From the NCBI RefSeq assembly GCF_030013595.1, contig NZ_CP122768.1: DNA of 64,000 bases; one strand, given 5' to 3'. The notes under the pieces were generated by a model. The model was not told the origin of the DNA, ran no database searches, and worked only from the letters and a program-made list of their open reading frames with translations. This document shows positions 1 through 10,792 of the stretch, one piece after another (positions within the stretch are counted from its first letter, which is position 1; every line of letters starts with the position of its first letter). The DNA comes from Escherichia coli (lineage in GTDB: Bacteria > Pseudomonadota > Gammaproteobacteria > Enterobacterales > Enterobacteriaceae). The translations under genes and the position numbers were made by a program.

Positions 1-958
1 TTCTCTGCGCATTAGTCGCGGGGAGATTTTCCTTGCTTTGCGCGATCTGAGCAGCAAACTGGTAGTGGAGGAGTTGCAGGAACTGGCGTTAAAAGATGAC
101 TCGCCATTGCTGGATCGTATCATTTCCCATATCGATCAGTTTTTTATCCGCCACCAGAAAAAACTTGAGCGTCTGACTTCGATTGCCATTACCTTGCCGG
201 GAATTATTGATACGGAAAATGGTATTGTACATCGCATGCCGTTCTACGAGGATGTAAAAGAGATGCCGCTCGGCGAGGCGCTGGAGCAGCATACCGGCGT
301 ACCGGTTTATATTCAGCATGATATCAGCGCATGGACGATGGCAGAGGCCTTGTTTGGTGCCTCACGCGGGGCGCGCGATGTGATTCAGGTGGTTATCGAT
401 CACAACGTGGGGGCGGGCGTCATTACCGATGGTCATCTGCTACACGCAGGCAGCAGTAGCCTCGTGGAAATAGGTCACACGCAGGTCGACCCGTATGGGA
501 AACGCTGTTATTGCGGGAATCACGGCTGCCTCGAAACCATCGCCAGTGTGGACAGTATTCTTGAGCTGGCACAGCTGCGTCTCAATCAATCCATGAGCTC
601 GATGTTACATGGACAGCCGTTAACCGTGGATTCATTGTGTCAGGCGGCATTGCGCGGCGATCTGCTGGCAAAAGACATCATTACCGGGGTGGGCGCGCAT
701 GTCGGGCGCATTCTTGCCATCATGGTGAATTTATTTAACCCACAAAAAATACTGATTGGCTCACCGTTAAGTAAAGCGGCAGATATCCTCTTCCCGGTCA
801 TCTCAGATAGCATCCGTCAGCAGGCCCTTCCTGCGTATAGTCAGCACATTAGCGTTGAGAGTACTCAGTTTTCTAACCAGGGCACGATGGCAGGCGCTGC
901 GCTGGTAAAAGACGCGATGTATAACGGTTCTTTGTTGATTCGTCTGTTGCAGGGTTAA
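1..958 (+). CDS. mlc: Mlc (DgsA) ROK-family repressor, 5' end outside window
   Basis: Reading frame open from window start (ORF track 38..958); ROK-type C-terminal sequence with CYCGNHGC zinc motif; synteny with ynfK/clcB. Confidence 0.85.
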   Translation, partial: SLRISRGEIFLALRDLSSKLVVEELQELALKDDSPLLDRIISHIDQFFIRHQKKLERLTSIAITLPGIIDTENGIVHRMPFYEDVKEMPLGEALEQHTGVPVYIQHDISAWTMAEALFGASRGARDVIQVVIDHNVGAGVITDGHLLHAGSSSLVEIGHTQVDPYGKRCYCGNHGCLETIASVDSILELAQLRLNQSMSSMLHGQPLTVDSLCQAALRGDLLAKDIITGVGAHVGRILAIMVNLFNPQKILIGSPLSKAADILFPVISDSIRQQALPAYSQHISVESTQFSNQGTMAGAALVKDAMYNGSLLIRLLQG

Positions 959-1082
959 CATTTTTTAACTGTTCTACCAAAATTTGCGCTATCTCAATTT
1001 GGGCCAGGAAAGCATAACTTAGACTTTCAAGGTTAATTATTTTCCTGGTTTATATTTGTGAAGCATAACGGTGGAGTTAGTG

Positions 1083-1778
1083 ATGCTGAAGCGTTTCTTT
1101 ATTACCGGTACAGACACTTCTGTAGGGAAAACGGTGGTTTCCCGCGCATTGCTACAAGCGTTAGCCTCCCAGGGAAAAACGGTTGCGGGATATAAACCCG
1201 TAGCAAAGGGGAGCAAAGAGACACCCGAAGGGCTGCGTAATAAAGATGCCCTGGTGTTGCAGAGTGTTTCAACCATCGAACTGCCTTATGAAGCAGTTAA
1301 TCCTATCGCGTTAAGCGAAGAAGAAAGTAGCGTGGCGCACAGTTGCCCAATCAATTACACCCTCATTTCAAACGGCCTGGCAAACCTGACCGATAAAGTC
1401 GATCATGTCGTGGTAGAAGGGACTGGCGGCTGGCGCAGTCTGATGAATGATTTACGTCCGCTCTCTGAATGGGTGGTGCAGGAACAACTGCCGGTGTTGA
1501 TGGTTGTCGGTATTCAGGAAGGTTGCATTAATCATGCACTACTAACAGCTCAGGCGATTGCCAACGACGGGCTGCCGCTCATTGGCTGGGTGGCTAACCG
1601 AATCAATCCAGGACTTGCGCATTATGCGGAAATCATTGATGTGCTGGGTAAAAAACTTCCGGCACCGCTCATTGGTGAACTGCCTTATCTGCCGCGCGCC
1701 GAACAGCGTGAACTGGGGCAATACATCCGCCTAGCTATGCTGCGCAGTGTGCTGGCGGTAGATAGAGTCACGGTGTAA
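1083..1778 (+). CDS. ynfK: dethiobiotin synthetase paralog (BioD-like)
   Basis: 231 aa from ATG 1083; N-terminal P-loop GTDTSVGKT; position between mlc and clcB. Confidence 0.85.
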   Translation: MLKRFFITGTDTSVGKTVVSRALLQALASQGKTVAGYKPVAKGSKETPEGLRNKDALVLQSVSTIELPYEAVNPIALSEEESSVAHSCPINYTLISNGLANLTDKVDHVVVEGTGGWRSLMNDLRPLSEWVVQEQLPVLMVVGIQEGCINHALLTAQAIANDGLPLIGWVANRINPGLAHYAEIIDVLGKKLPAPLIGELPYLPRAEQRELGQYIRLAMLRSVLAVDRVTV

Positions 1779-2987
1779 CGTCCGCGAAATTACCGACGCA
1801 ATTACGCAGGCAATCAATAAACCGGGGAGTAGCTGATACTCCCCGGTCATTTCACATATCATCAACGTCGACATAATCGGCGCGTGCGTGGTCGCCGCCA
1901 ACAGTGTCGCCATTCCGGTTAATCCGAGTAAAAGCGTAATTTCTTCGCCATCAGGGAACCATAATCCCAGGCTACGACCATACAACATGCCAATGGCAAG
2001 ACCGATAAATAGCGTCGGTGTAAAGACACCACCGGGCGCGCCAGAACCACTACTCGCCAGCACGGCAAACAGTTTACAGAGGAAGATCCCGGCAATGATC
2101 ATTAACAGTGGCGGAGCGGTTAAAAAGGATTGTACGGTGCTATAGCCGTTGCCCCACACTGCAGGTGTGAACAGGGAAAGCAGACCCACGATCAACCCGC
2201 CCAGTGCCAGTTGCCAGGGCGGCGCAAGCTTGAGACTTACAAATTCACGATGACAGGCGTTCATCAACGTTAACAACAGTGGTCCGCACAGACCTGCCAG
2301 CACACCTGTACTGATAATCAGCGCATAGTCACGAGCCTGAACCGTCACTGAGAGTTGTACACTGTAGAGTAACGCGTCGCTATGATTAATCAGATTGCTA
2401 ACCAGCAACGCCACGACGGCGGAAATAATCACCGGGCCGAGAGAGGCCAACATCATAGTGCCAAACAGCACTTCGGCTATAAATAAACTGCCAGCAAGCG
2501 GGGCGCGATAGGCCGCAGCCATTCCCGCCGCAGCTCCACAGGCGATCCATAATTTCCACTCCTGGCGTGGCGTAAAACGTTGGGCAAAACAGGAGGCGGC
2601 AAGGGCAGCTAAAAGAATCATCGCACCTTCGCGACCAATTGCACTGCCGCTGGTTACTACCAGCAGAGAGGCAAGGGATTTAACCAGGCTTGCTGCGTAA
2701 TCAAACTGCCCATCGGTTTGCAACGCTTCCATGTAATCGGTCGGCGCATGAGGGCGTTGCTGGGTAAATTTCTGCCAGCCCATCAGCAACAAACCCGCCG
2801 CCAGTCCGCCGAGCGCCGGAGTTAGCAGCCGTCGCCAGGGGGAAAGATTTGTCGCTGCATTGACCAGACTGCCCGAGTCATTATTGAGGAACAACCACTC
2901 CAGTAGCAGCATCGCATGACGAAACCCGGCAACGGCAAAGGCCGCAAGAATACCGACGACTGTTGCGATAAGCAGACGGCGGAACAT
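1731..2987 (-). CDS. clcB: ClC-type voltage-gated chloride channel
   Basis: 418 aa from MFRRLL (ORF track 1731..3023 has an in-frame upstream extension); polytopic membrane protein with GREG and GVFTP ClC motifs; 3' end overlaps ynfK convergently. Confidence 0.85.
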   Translation of the reverse strand: MFRRLLIATVVGILAAFAVAGFRHAMLLLEWLFLNNDSGSLVNAATNLSPWRRLLTPALGGLAAGLLLMGWQKFTQQRPHAPTDYMEALQTDGQFDYAASLVKSLASLLVVTSGSAIGREGAMILLAALAASCFAQRFTPRQEWKLWIACGAAAGMAAAYRAPLAGSLFIAEVLFGTMMLASLGPVIISAVVALLVSNLINHSDALLYSVQLSVTVQARDYALIISTGVLAGLCGPLLLTLMNACHREFVSLKLAPPWQLALGGLIVGLLSLFTPAVWGNGYSTVQSFLTAPPLLMIIAGIFLCKLFAVLASSGSGAPGGVFTPTLFIGLAIGMLYGRSLGLWFPDGEEITLLLGLTGMATLLAATTHAPIMSTLMICEMTGEYQLLPGLLIACVIASVISRTLHRDSIYRQHTAQHS

Positions 2988-3180
2988 AGTGCGCAGATCC
3001 GGATAGATGTGTAGATGATGCATGAGCAGAAATGGGCAATGAAATACGGGCGACTATTTTGCGGCAAAAGAAGCCAGACGCAAAAGCAGTGCGTGCTTTA
3101 AGAGATAAAAAACGTGACACTGTAACCTATTATTGCCGAATTGCGCCTAATCGACACCATCCGGCAATATTACGGTGATC

Positions 3181-3795
3181 CTATCGAAAGAGTGGTTTAA
3201 CCGCGACAGGAATTAACAGTTGTGATTGCCATTGCGCCAGCGTTAAGCGAGCCAGTTCACCCAGTGCACGGTAGAAAGGGTGTTCTGCTTTTTCGATAAA
3301 AACGTCAAGAAAACGTGTTGACCACGGAAAAAGGTGCCATGCCAGCAATTCTTCGCATTCTGTCTGGCGACCATTCTCCGCCAACCACGCAGCCATCAAC
3401 AGCAGTGAACCAAAATGATCTTCCGGTTCGTTTTGCTTCATTTCAAACTGAATGCCTTTCTCGCGCATCCACTGACGAAGTGCCAATGTTGAATCGCCAA
3501 ACAGCACAGATTCGCGATCCAGCCAGACCGACCCCCACGGCGGTGATGGCAGAGCCCACGGACCGACAAACAAACGCTGCCAGGCCTGGGCGCGAGTCTC
3601 TTCACTCTGTGCCTGAAAAGCCGTCACCAGCGGCGCTAATGACGCTTCTGGTAGAGGCCACTGAGTTTCCCAGCCGTCACGGGTGAGTACCGCAACCAGA
3701 GGTGCGGCTTCCGCACTCTCTGGAGCGTAATAAAACAGCGCGCCCAACACGCGCGCCGCGACAGAAAAATTATCTTGCTGTGAAAAATGGGTCAT
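3181..3795 (-). CDS. dmsD: Tat proofreading chaperone DmsD
   Basis: 204 aa from MTHFSQQDNF; matches recalled DmsD sequence; synteny downstream of ynfH. Confidence 0.85.
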   Translation of the reverse strand: MTHFSQQDNFSVAARVLGALFYYAPESAEAAPLVAVLTRDGWETQWPLPEASLAPLVTAFQAQSEETRAQAWQRLFVGPWALPSPPWGSVWLDRESVLFGDSTLALRQWMREKGIQFEMKQNEPEDHFGSLLLMAAWLAENGRQTECEELLAWHLFPWSTRFLDVFIEKAEHPFYRALGELARLTLAQWQSQLLIPVAVKPLFR

Positions 3796-3837
3796 TCCTA
3801 ACATCCTGAAATGTGCGGGTTGCCCCGCACCAATTTG

Positions 3838-4692
3838 TTAACCTGCAATAGCCATTCCTACCGTCATGTGCAGGCCATAAAAGAGCACACGCCCGATCAT
3901 CTCACCGCCAAGTATGAGGATTAGCCCCAGAACAAGTCCGGCAACGTGAGGTTCACGGCGACGAATGAGCGGACAAAGCCAGCATCCTAGACCTGCGCAT
4001 AACAATACCACACGCCAGACCTGTAAGGAGGCGTAATCTGGTACCAGTGCGCTGGCTTGTTGTACGGATGAGTGAATAGACGCCAGAGACAAACCTTGCA
4101 GCACAATCACCCCGGCACAAGCGATCAGCGCCAGAACGCTAATGATGGCAAAGGGTGTGGTATTAAATGTAATGCGGGCTGCCCGCAGAATTGCGGCAGC
4201 AAGTATTGGACCGCTCAACAATACTGTCAGGAAGAAAGCCAGCGTAGTGTAACCGTTATGCCAGGTTGGCACTGTGTCGATTTGATACACGCAGGTCATC
4301 ATCCAGACGAAAATGACGCCGAGCGCCATGCTGACAAGTAACCAGAGTTTCCCCAACGCTTGCGGCATTTTACCGATGATCGCCACCAGCCACCATAATC
4401 CGCCAACGGCAAAAAATATGGAACCGGCAGCAATCTCGTTACTCAGACCAGAAGCTCCGATTCGATTCAGCGAGTTAAACGCTCGCAGTGGCGATCCCAG
4501 GTGCATGACAGAGGCAATAAACCCGATGCCCATCAACAGCCAGAGGAAAAACATGCCACGGACAATACGCTGACGGTCTGCGTCATTATTGGCGGCGAAC
4601 CAGCCAATTCCGCTAACAATCAGCGCGCCTACTACGCATTGACCCAATACGGTAAAGATAACCAGTGGCCATTCATGCCATCCATTTCCCAT
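3838..4692 (-). CDS. ynfH: DMSO-reductase-type membrane anchor subunit
   Basis: 284 aa from MGNGWHEW (ORF track extends upstream to 4932); start overlaps ynfG stop (ATGA); multi-TM. Confidence 0.85.
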   Translation of the reverse strand: MGNGWHEWPLVIFTVLGQCVVGALIVSGIGWFAANNDADRQRIVRGMFFLWLLMGIGFIASVMHLGSPLRAFNSLNRIGASGLSNEIAAGSIFFAVGGLWWLVAIIGKMPQALGKLWLLVSMALGVIFVWMMTCVYQIDTVPTWHNGYTTLAFFLTVLLSGPILAAAILRAARITFNTTPFAIISVLALIACAGVIVLQGLSLASIHSSVQQASALVPDYASLQVWRVVLLCAGLGCWLCPLIRRREPHVAGLVLGLILILGGEMIGRVLFYGLHMTVGMAIAG

Positions 4693-4693
4693 T

Positions 4694-5290
4694 TTACACT
4701 TCCTCCGGATTAGCCAGATAACCAGTGGTATCGCCGGTCGGGCGGCTGTTGGCGTTAGGTTTGATAACGATATTGGGTTTTGTGAAATGCGCGCGCGGTA
4801 GTGGCGCGACGGCAGCCAGAGTGCCGTGCTTCTGGCGCAGCTCTTCAATTGGACCGAACTCAAGTGCACGCAGCGGGCAGGATTCGACACATATGGGTTG
4901 TTTCCCCTCGGCGACGCGCGAATAACAACCATCGCACTTCGTCATGTGTCCTTTTTCAGCATTGTACTGTGGCGCGCCGTACGGACAAGCCATGTGGCAG
5001 TAGCGGCAGCCGATACAAACATCTTCATCAACCACCACAAAGCCATCTTCACGCTTATGCATTGCGCCGCTGGGGCAGACTTTTGTACATGCGGGGTCAT
5101 CGCAATGGTTACAGGAGATGGAGAGATAATAAGCGAACACGTTCTGGTGCCAGACGCCGCCAGCATATTCATAAATACGGCGGAAACTGACTTCCGGGCC
5201 AAGATCTTTAAAATCTTTGCACGCCAGTTCGCAGGTTTTACAGCCAGTACAGCGGCTGGAATCGATAAAAAATCCATATTGTGTGGTCAT
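4694..5290 (-). CDS. ynfG: DMSO-reductase-type 4Fe-4S ferredoxin subunit
   Basis: 198 aa; four CxxCxxCxxxCP-type cysteine clusters; between ynfF and ynfH. Confidence 0.85.
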   Translation of the reverse strand: MTTQYGFFIDSSRCTGCKTCELACKDFKDLGPEVSFRRIYEYAGGVWHQNVFAYYLSISCNHCDDPACTKVCPSGAMHKREDGFVVVDEDVCIGCRYCHMACPYGAPQYNAEKGHMTKCDGCYSRVAEGKQPICVESCPLRALEFGPIEELRQKHGTLAAVAPLPRAHFTKPNIVIKPNANSRPTGDTTGYLANPEEV

Positions 5291-5300
5291 GGGCTACTCC

Positions 5301-7727
5301 TTAAACCTTTTCGATCTGGACAAGATTGCTGTGCGACGGGTTTCCCTTTGCCAGCGGTGAAGGGCGGTGAGAGGTCAGAATATTGATACTGCCGCCGTGA
5401 TCGACCCGGTCACCAAACATATCCGCTTTAAGCCACGCACCTTGCCCGATGGCGGTAACGCCAGGCAGAATACGCGGAGTCACTTTTGCGGCAATCAGCA
5501 TTTCTCCATTATTGTTAAATACCCGCACGGTATCGCCATGACGGATACCGCGTGCCTGAGCATCAATAGGGTTGATCCACACCTCTTGTGGGCAGGCCTG
5601 CTGTAACACATCAATATTGCCGTAGCTGGAGTGGGTACGCGCTTTGTAGTGGAAGCCCGTTAACTGCAGTGGATAGGTTTTCCGCAGGGGATCGTCCCAG
5701 CCATCAAAACCTGGGGTATACGCAGGAAGGGGATGAATAATTTCATCTTTTTTCAATTCCCAGGTATCCGCAATCGTCGCCAGTCGTTCAGAATAAATTT
5801 CGATTTTCCCCGAAGGTGTTTTCAACGGGTTTGCCTGTGGATCTTCACGGAATGCGCGGAAAGCGACGTAGTGTTCTTCCGGGCATTTTTTCTTAAAGAT
5901 CCCGGTCGTTTTCATCTCCTCGTAGTCGGGCATCTCAGGGTTACGTTCCTTCGTTTTCGCATGGAGATATTTGATCCATTCATGCTGACTGCGACCTTCA
6001 GTAAAGGTTTGATAAACGTCTGGTCCTAAGCGTTTGGCAACTTCACTCAGCATCCAGTAGATGGGTTTGCGTTCAAATTTTGCTGAGGTTGCGGGTTGGG
6101 CGAGGATCACATAGCCCATATTCCCGGCAGATTCGTGAGAGATAAGGTCTTCTTGCTCTGTTGGCATCAGGTCGGGCAACAGGATATCGCAATACTTAGC
6201 CGAGGCAGTCATGAAGTGGTCAATGCCAACAATCATCTCGCACTTGCTGTCATCCTGAAGCACCTCATGGGTGTGATTGATGTCGCCATGTTGATTGATC
6301 AATGTGTTACTGGCGTAGCACCATAAAAACTTGATGGGGACATCCAGTTTTTCTTTTCCACGAACACCATCACGGGTCGCGGTCATTTCCGTACCGTGGT
6401 CGATGGCATCTGTCCATGTAAAGACGGAAATCTGCGTTTTAACAGGATTCTCAAGCATCGGGAACCATTCTACCCCCAGATCCCAGCTACCTTCGCGTAC
6501 ACCTGAGTTGCCGCCGTTTATGCCGACGTTACCGGTGAGAACGGAAAGCATGGCAATAGCGCGGGACGTTTGTTCGCCGTTGGAGTGTCGTTGTGGCCCC
6601 CAACCCTGACAAATATAAGCAGGTTTTGCTGAACCGATCTCTCGTGCCAACTGGATAATTTTTTCTGCCGGGATGCTGGTGATTTTTGCTGCCCATTCCG
6701 GCGTTTTAGCTATGCCGTCAGGCCCTTCGCCCAGAATATAGGCTTTATAATGCGCGTTACGTGGTGCGTTGGCGGGCAGCGTTTTTTCATCGTAACCAAC
6801 ACAATATTTGTCGAGAAATGGCTGATCGACCATGTTTTCAGTAATCAGTACCCAGGCAATCGCACAGGCCAGTGCGCCATCGGTGCCTGGGCGAATTGGC
6901 AGCCATTCATCTTCACGCCCGGCAGCAGTGTCGTTATAACGTGGATCGATGACGATCATGCGTGCGTTTGAACGTTCTCGGGCTTGCTCGACGTAGTAAG
7001 TGACACCACCGCCGCTCATCCGGGTTTCTGCCGGGTTATTTCCGAACATAACGACCAGTTTCGTATTGGCTATATCATCCGGGCTGTTGCCATCATTGGC
7101 ACCGAACATATAACTCATTGCGGCACTGATTTGAGCGGTACTGTAGCTGCCATAGCGACTGAGAAAACCACCGCAAGAGTTCATCAGACGGTACGGGACG
7201 TTCGAGTTGGTGATGTTTCCGCCATCTACGCCTGTTCCGTACAGGACATGTACAGCCTCATTGCCGTAATCTTTAAGGATCCGCCGAAGATTATCACTGA
7301 TGGTATCCAGGGCTTCATCCCAACTTATCCGTTCAAATTTACCTTCACCGCGCTTGCCGACGCGCTTCATGGGATATTTCAACCTGTCAGGATGATTCAT
7401 CCGTCGGCGGATAGAGCGCCCGCGTAAACATGCCCGAACCTGATGATTACCGTAGACGTCGTCACCTGTCGTATCAGACTCCACCCAGTACACGGTGTCA
7501 TCTTTCACATGCAAACGTAACAGACAGCGGCTCCCGCAGTTAACGGTGCAGGAACTCCAGACCGCTTTCTCTTCTACCGGTGTCTCTGCCGCTCGGACCA
7601 TTTGGGAAAATGGCAGAGTGAAAGCACTGCTTGCCAGCGCAAGACTGCCAAGTGCGGAGGTTTTCATCAGACTTCTACGGCTGATTTCAGCCTTCATGAG
7701 CGCCTCTGTGGTATGGATTTTCATCAT
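5301..7727 (-). CDS. ynfF: molybdopterin oxidoreductase catalytic subunit (DmsA paralog) with Tat signal
   Basis: 808 aa; twin-arginine motif SRRSLMK; N-terminal CxxCxxxC cluster; intact paralog of the split ynfE. Confidence 0.9.
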   Translation of the reverse strand: MMKIHTTEALMKAEISRRSLMKTSALGSLALASSAFTLPFSQMVRAAETPVEEKAVWSSCTVNCGSRCLLRLHVKDDTVYWVESDTTGDDVYGNHQVRACLRGRSIRRRMNHPDRLKYPMKRVGKRGEGKFERISWDEALDTISDNLRRILKDYGNEAVHVLYGTGVDGGNITNSNVPYRLMNSCGGFLSRYGSYSTAQISAAMSYMFGANDGNSPDDIANTKLVVMFGNNPAETRMSGGGVTYYVEQARERSNARMIVIDPRYNDTAAGREDEWLPIRPGTDGALACAIAWVLITENMVDQPFLDKYCVGYDEKTLPANAPRNAHYKAYILGEGPDGIAKTPEWAAKITSIPAEKIIQLAREIGSAKPAYICQGWGPQRHSNGEQTSRAIAMLSVLTGNVGINGGNSGVREGSWDLGVEWFPMLENPVKTQISVFTWTDAIDHGTEMTATRDGVRGKEKLDVPIKFLWCYASNTLINQHGDINHTHEVLQDDSKCEMIVGIDHFMTASAKYCDILLPDLMPTEQEDLISHESAGNMGYVILAQPATSAKFERKPIYWMLSEVAKRLGPDVYQTFTEGRSQHEWIKYLHAKTKERNPEMPDYEEMKTTGIFKKKCPEEHYVAFRAFREDPQANPLKTPSGKIEIYSERLATIADTWELKKDEIIHPLPAYTPGFDGWDDPLRKTYPLQLTGFHYKARTHSSYGNIDVLQQACPQEVWINPIDAQARGIRHGDTVRVFNNNGEMLIAAKVTPRILPGVTAIGQGAWLKADMFGDRVDHGGSINILTSHRPSPLAKGNPSHSNLVQIEKV

Positions 7728-7784
7728 TACTCACTTATTGCTTTTCAAACAAAATGTCATGCCAGAATTTATGGTTGTAGTGGG

Positions 7785-8810
7785 TTATATTTTTTCGATC
7801 TCGACCAGATTAGTGTGCTGCGGGTTTCCCTTCGCCAGTGGTGAAGGGCGCAGAGTGGTTAGCGTATTCACACAGCCGCCATGGTCGATTTTATCGCCAG
7901 ACATATTGGCCTCGTGCCAGGCTCCCTGGCCCATAGCGCTAACCCCAGGGAGAATGCGTGGTGTTACTTTGGCTGGTAGCCGAACTTCGCCACGATGGTT
8001 AAACACCCGCACCATATCGCCGTTGGCAATCCCACGTTTCTGTGCATCTATAGGGTTGATCCACACCTCCTGACGGCAGGCTTCCTTCAGGACATCAATA
8101 TTGCCGTAGGTCGAGTGGGTACGGGATTTGTAATGGAAACCAAACAGTTGCAGTGGGAAGGTTCTACGTTCAGGGGAGTCCCAGCCTTCAAAGGTTGAGG
8201 CATAAACTGGCAGTGGGCTTATCACTTCATCTTTTTCCAGTTCCCAGGTACGGGCAATTTCCGCCAGCTTGCTGGAATAAATTTCAATCTTACCGGAAGG
8301 CGTTTTAAGTGGATTTGCCTCGGGGTCGTCACGAAATGCTTTGTAGGCGACAAAATGACCATTGGGATCTTTACGCTTATAGATACCCATTTTTTTCAGT
8401 TCGTCGTAAGACGGTAACGCCGGATCTTTGGCAAGCATTTTGGCGTACAGATGTTGTAACCATTGTTCCTGCGTGCGACCTTCTGTGAACTTTTGATAGA
8501 CGTCAGGTCCAAGACGTTTCGCGACTTCACTCAGGATCCAGTAAATCGGTTTGCGTTCGAATTTTTCGCTGGTGACTGGCTGAAGGAAAATGAGATATCC
8601 CATGTTACCTGCGTAGTCGTTAGGAATAATATCTTCCTGCTCAACGGTCATCAGGTCTGGCAGCAGAATGTCGGCATATTTTGCCGATGAGGTCATAAAG
8701 TTTTCGATGACCACAATCATTTCGCATTTCGATTCGTCCTGCAGAATTTCATGCGTTTTGTTGATGTCAGAATGCTGATTAACCAGGGTATTTCCCGCGT
8801 AGTTCCAGAT
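7785..8810 (-). pseudogene. ynfE: ynfE C-terminal fragment (gene split by insertion at 8811)
   Basis: In-frame ynfE sequence from codons I-W-N-Y (8799-8810) to stop at 7785; ORF track upstream extension 8811-8951 is element DNA read in the wrong context. Confidence 0.85.
8801..8810. repeat. left copy of 10-bp direct repeat AGTTCCAGAT flanking the ynfE insert (att core or target duplication)
   Basis: Identical 10-mer at 18242-18251; both copies encode ynfE residues IWN. Confidence 0.8.
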
Positions 8811-8876
8811 GGACTCCACTGTCAGACGGATGGACGGACTTGAAGTAGTTGACTCAACGCTACTTAAGGTCCTGAT

Positions 8877-10485
8877 ATGACTGACATTAACTATGATAAT
8901 ACTGTATATCCATCCAGCTCTTTCTCTGGGTCTCCCTATCTGTATGGGCAAGTCTACACCTCAAGTCCTGACACAAGGCTGACACAAATCAATCTACTCA
9001 GCGTAGCTAAGCCTCAGTTAGTCCGTAGAGCCAATGGTCGATATACTATCCGCTTCAGACTCAAGGGACAGACCACACCGTTTCTTTCAGTATCGACCCG
9101 AAGCACAGACAGGAGAGTAGCCACAATGCGTCAGAGAGAGCTTGCAGCCACAGCTAAGGCCTTCATGTTGGATAGGCCTGAAGTCTCACTACAGGAGCTT
9201 ACAGAGCATCTCCGGTCTATGGCTGAGCAGTTCCTGACAGACGCTAGTGACGATTACTGGAATGGACTTGAGGTCGCTACTTTGGTGGACGAGAAGTCCA
9301 ACCTGAAGGAGCTAGCCGCTACGCAAGCCTTGAGTCTGGACCAGCAGAAGGGCATAAGGTTAGCGCTTGAAGTCCTGACCGCAGCACAGCAGAGGGTAGA
9401 TACTGGTGATACGTCCAGTCTAATCAAGCTGATTGGTGGTGGCGTAAGCCAGCTTACTGATGGAGATGACAATAACCTTACTAATAACTCAACTATATGC
9501 GACTCTACGTTGATTCTGAGGAACGAGCAGGGGGTCAGCCCGCAAGTATTCACGAGAGAGCGCCAACCATCTGTAGTTTTTTCAAGCCTAGTGTCCTCAC
9601 TGCTGGCTGAGAAGGTCCAGACCCTGAAGTCCTCCAGCTACAAGGACCTGTCGTCCTCACTGAATACCGTCTCTCGGTTTCTGCCTGAAGATATGGACCT
9701 GATGTCCCGCTCTGAGTGGCTGGCAGTGAGGGACGCTATGCTGGCTGCTGAGGTGAGACCATCGACAATCAACAAGCTGCTGACCAAAGCGAAGATGTGT
9801 CTCGATTATGGCCTGATGAATGGGCAACTTGAGGGCCGCAACCCTATTGAACGGATGAAGCTGACCAAGGATACCGACTCCAAGCGCAGAGCGTTCACAG
9901 ACGAGGAGCTGGAGAGACTTCTGGTCCGTGTTGAGGCTGAGTATCAGTTCACACGACACACGGCTCACACGACCTCTGAGGCCCGTAGATGGGCGTCTCT
10001 GGTGTCTGTGGTCACTGGCGCGAGGTCTGCTGAGGTCTGCCACCTGACTAAACGTGACGTTGTAACCTTGGACAATGGACTGGTCTGTATCGACATCAAT
10101 GAAGATGGGGACGGGAAGTCTGTGAAGAACAAACATTCAGTCCGACTTGTGCCGTTAACCGATGGGGCCTGTGGTTTCAGCCTGAAGTCCTTCCTCAAAT
10201 GGGTAGACACTCAGCCTGCTGATGGTCCCCTCTTTGGTATGACTCCGAGTGCCTACTCTAGTTGGTTTAACTCTAGGGTCCTGACTGAGGCCCTAGGAGA
10301 CGCTGAGAACGTTTCTCCACAGTCTGAGACATTGGCTGGCGACCCGAATGAAAGAGCGTGGAGTCAATCTGGTGGACGCTCAAGGCATCTTAGGTCACAG
10401 CAGTCAGTCCATTACGTATGACCTGTACGGGAAAGGACACGCTGTTGGTAGGCTGGCTGAGGTGCTGAAGACAGCTTTACTTTAA
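8877..10485 (+). pseudogene. tyrosine recombinase/integrase, apparently frameshifted near 10297-10330
   Basis: N-terminal arm-binding-like segment (GRYTIRFRLKG...STRSTDRRVA); catalytic domain residues in frame A up to 10421; conserved HSLRHWLATRM...LGHSS...YDLYGKGH C-terminus is in the +1 frame ending at 10485. Confidence 0.65.
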
Positions 10486-10644
10486 GTAGGAAGACCCAAG
10501 GTGGAGACCATATACGGCTTGATGGTTGAGACCTTGGGTCACTGAAGTCTGACTGAAGTTAGGGAGGGTGATAATAATCATAATCCCTCCTGACTATAGG
10601 CCCACTGGTTCGCCTTCGGCTGTCCGACTCTAAGTCTGTCTGTG

Positions 10645-10776
10645 GTCTTATTTAAACTGGTTCCCTAACTCAGGTCCTCCAACTTGGTGTCTTATTTAAA
10701 CTGGTTCCCTAACTCAGGTCCTCCAACTTGGTGTCTTATTTAAACTGGTTCCCTAACTCAGGCCCCTCCAAATTTC
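10645..10776 (+). repeat. 44-bp tandem direct repeat, about 2.7 copies (candidate iterons/origin or regulator binding array)
   Basis: Unit GTCTTATTTAAACTGGTTCCCTAACTCAGGTCCTCCAACTTGGT at 10645-10688 and 10689-10732, third copy diverges after about 30 bp. Confidence 0.8.
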
Positions 10777-10792
10777 GTTGTCTGTCAGCGAC

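Noticed and set aside
4694-5290. ynfG appears about 7 residues shorter than my recollection of K-12 YnfG
   Set aside because: My recollection of the exact K-12 sequence is not reliable enough to call a deletion; the ferredoxin cysteine clusters are intact.
5367-7427. Plus-strand ORFs inside ynfF (for example 5733-6029, 6984-7427) and similar antisense ORFs in ynfE, clcB and ynfH
   Set aside because: Embedded opposite the long, confidently assigned oxidoreductase and channel genes; no RBS or family signal.
8877-9125. N-terminal 80 residues of the element integrase ORF considered as an artefactual upstream extension
   Set aside because: The segment GRYTIRFRLKG...STRSTDRRVA looks like an integrase arm-binding N-terminal domain and the ATG at 8877 has a plausible RBS, so the long start was kept, with moderate confidence.
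10645-10776. 44-bp tandem repeats considered as a CRISPR array
   Set aside because: Repeats are directly adjacent with no spacers, only about 2.7 copies, and no cas genes nearby; this is a plain tandem repeat.
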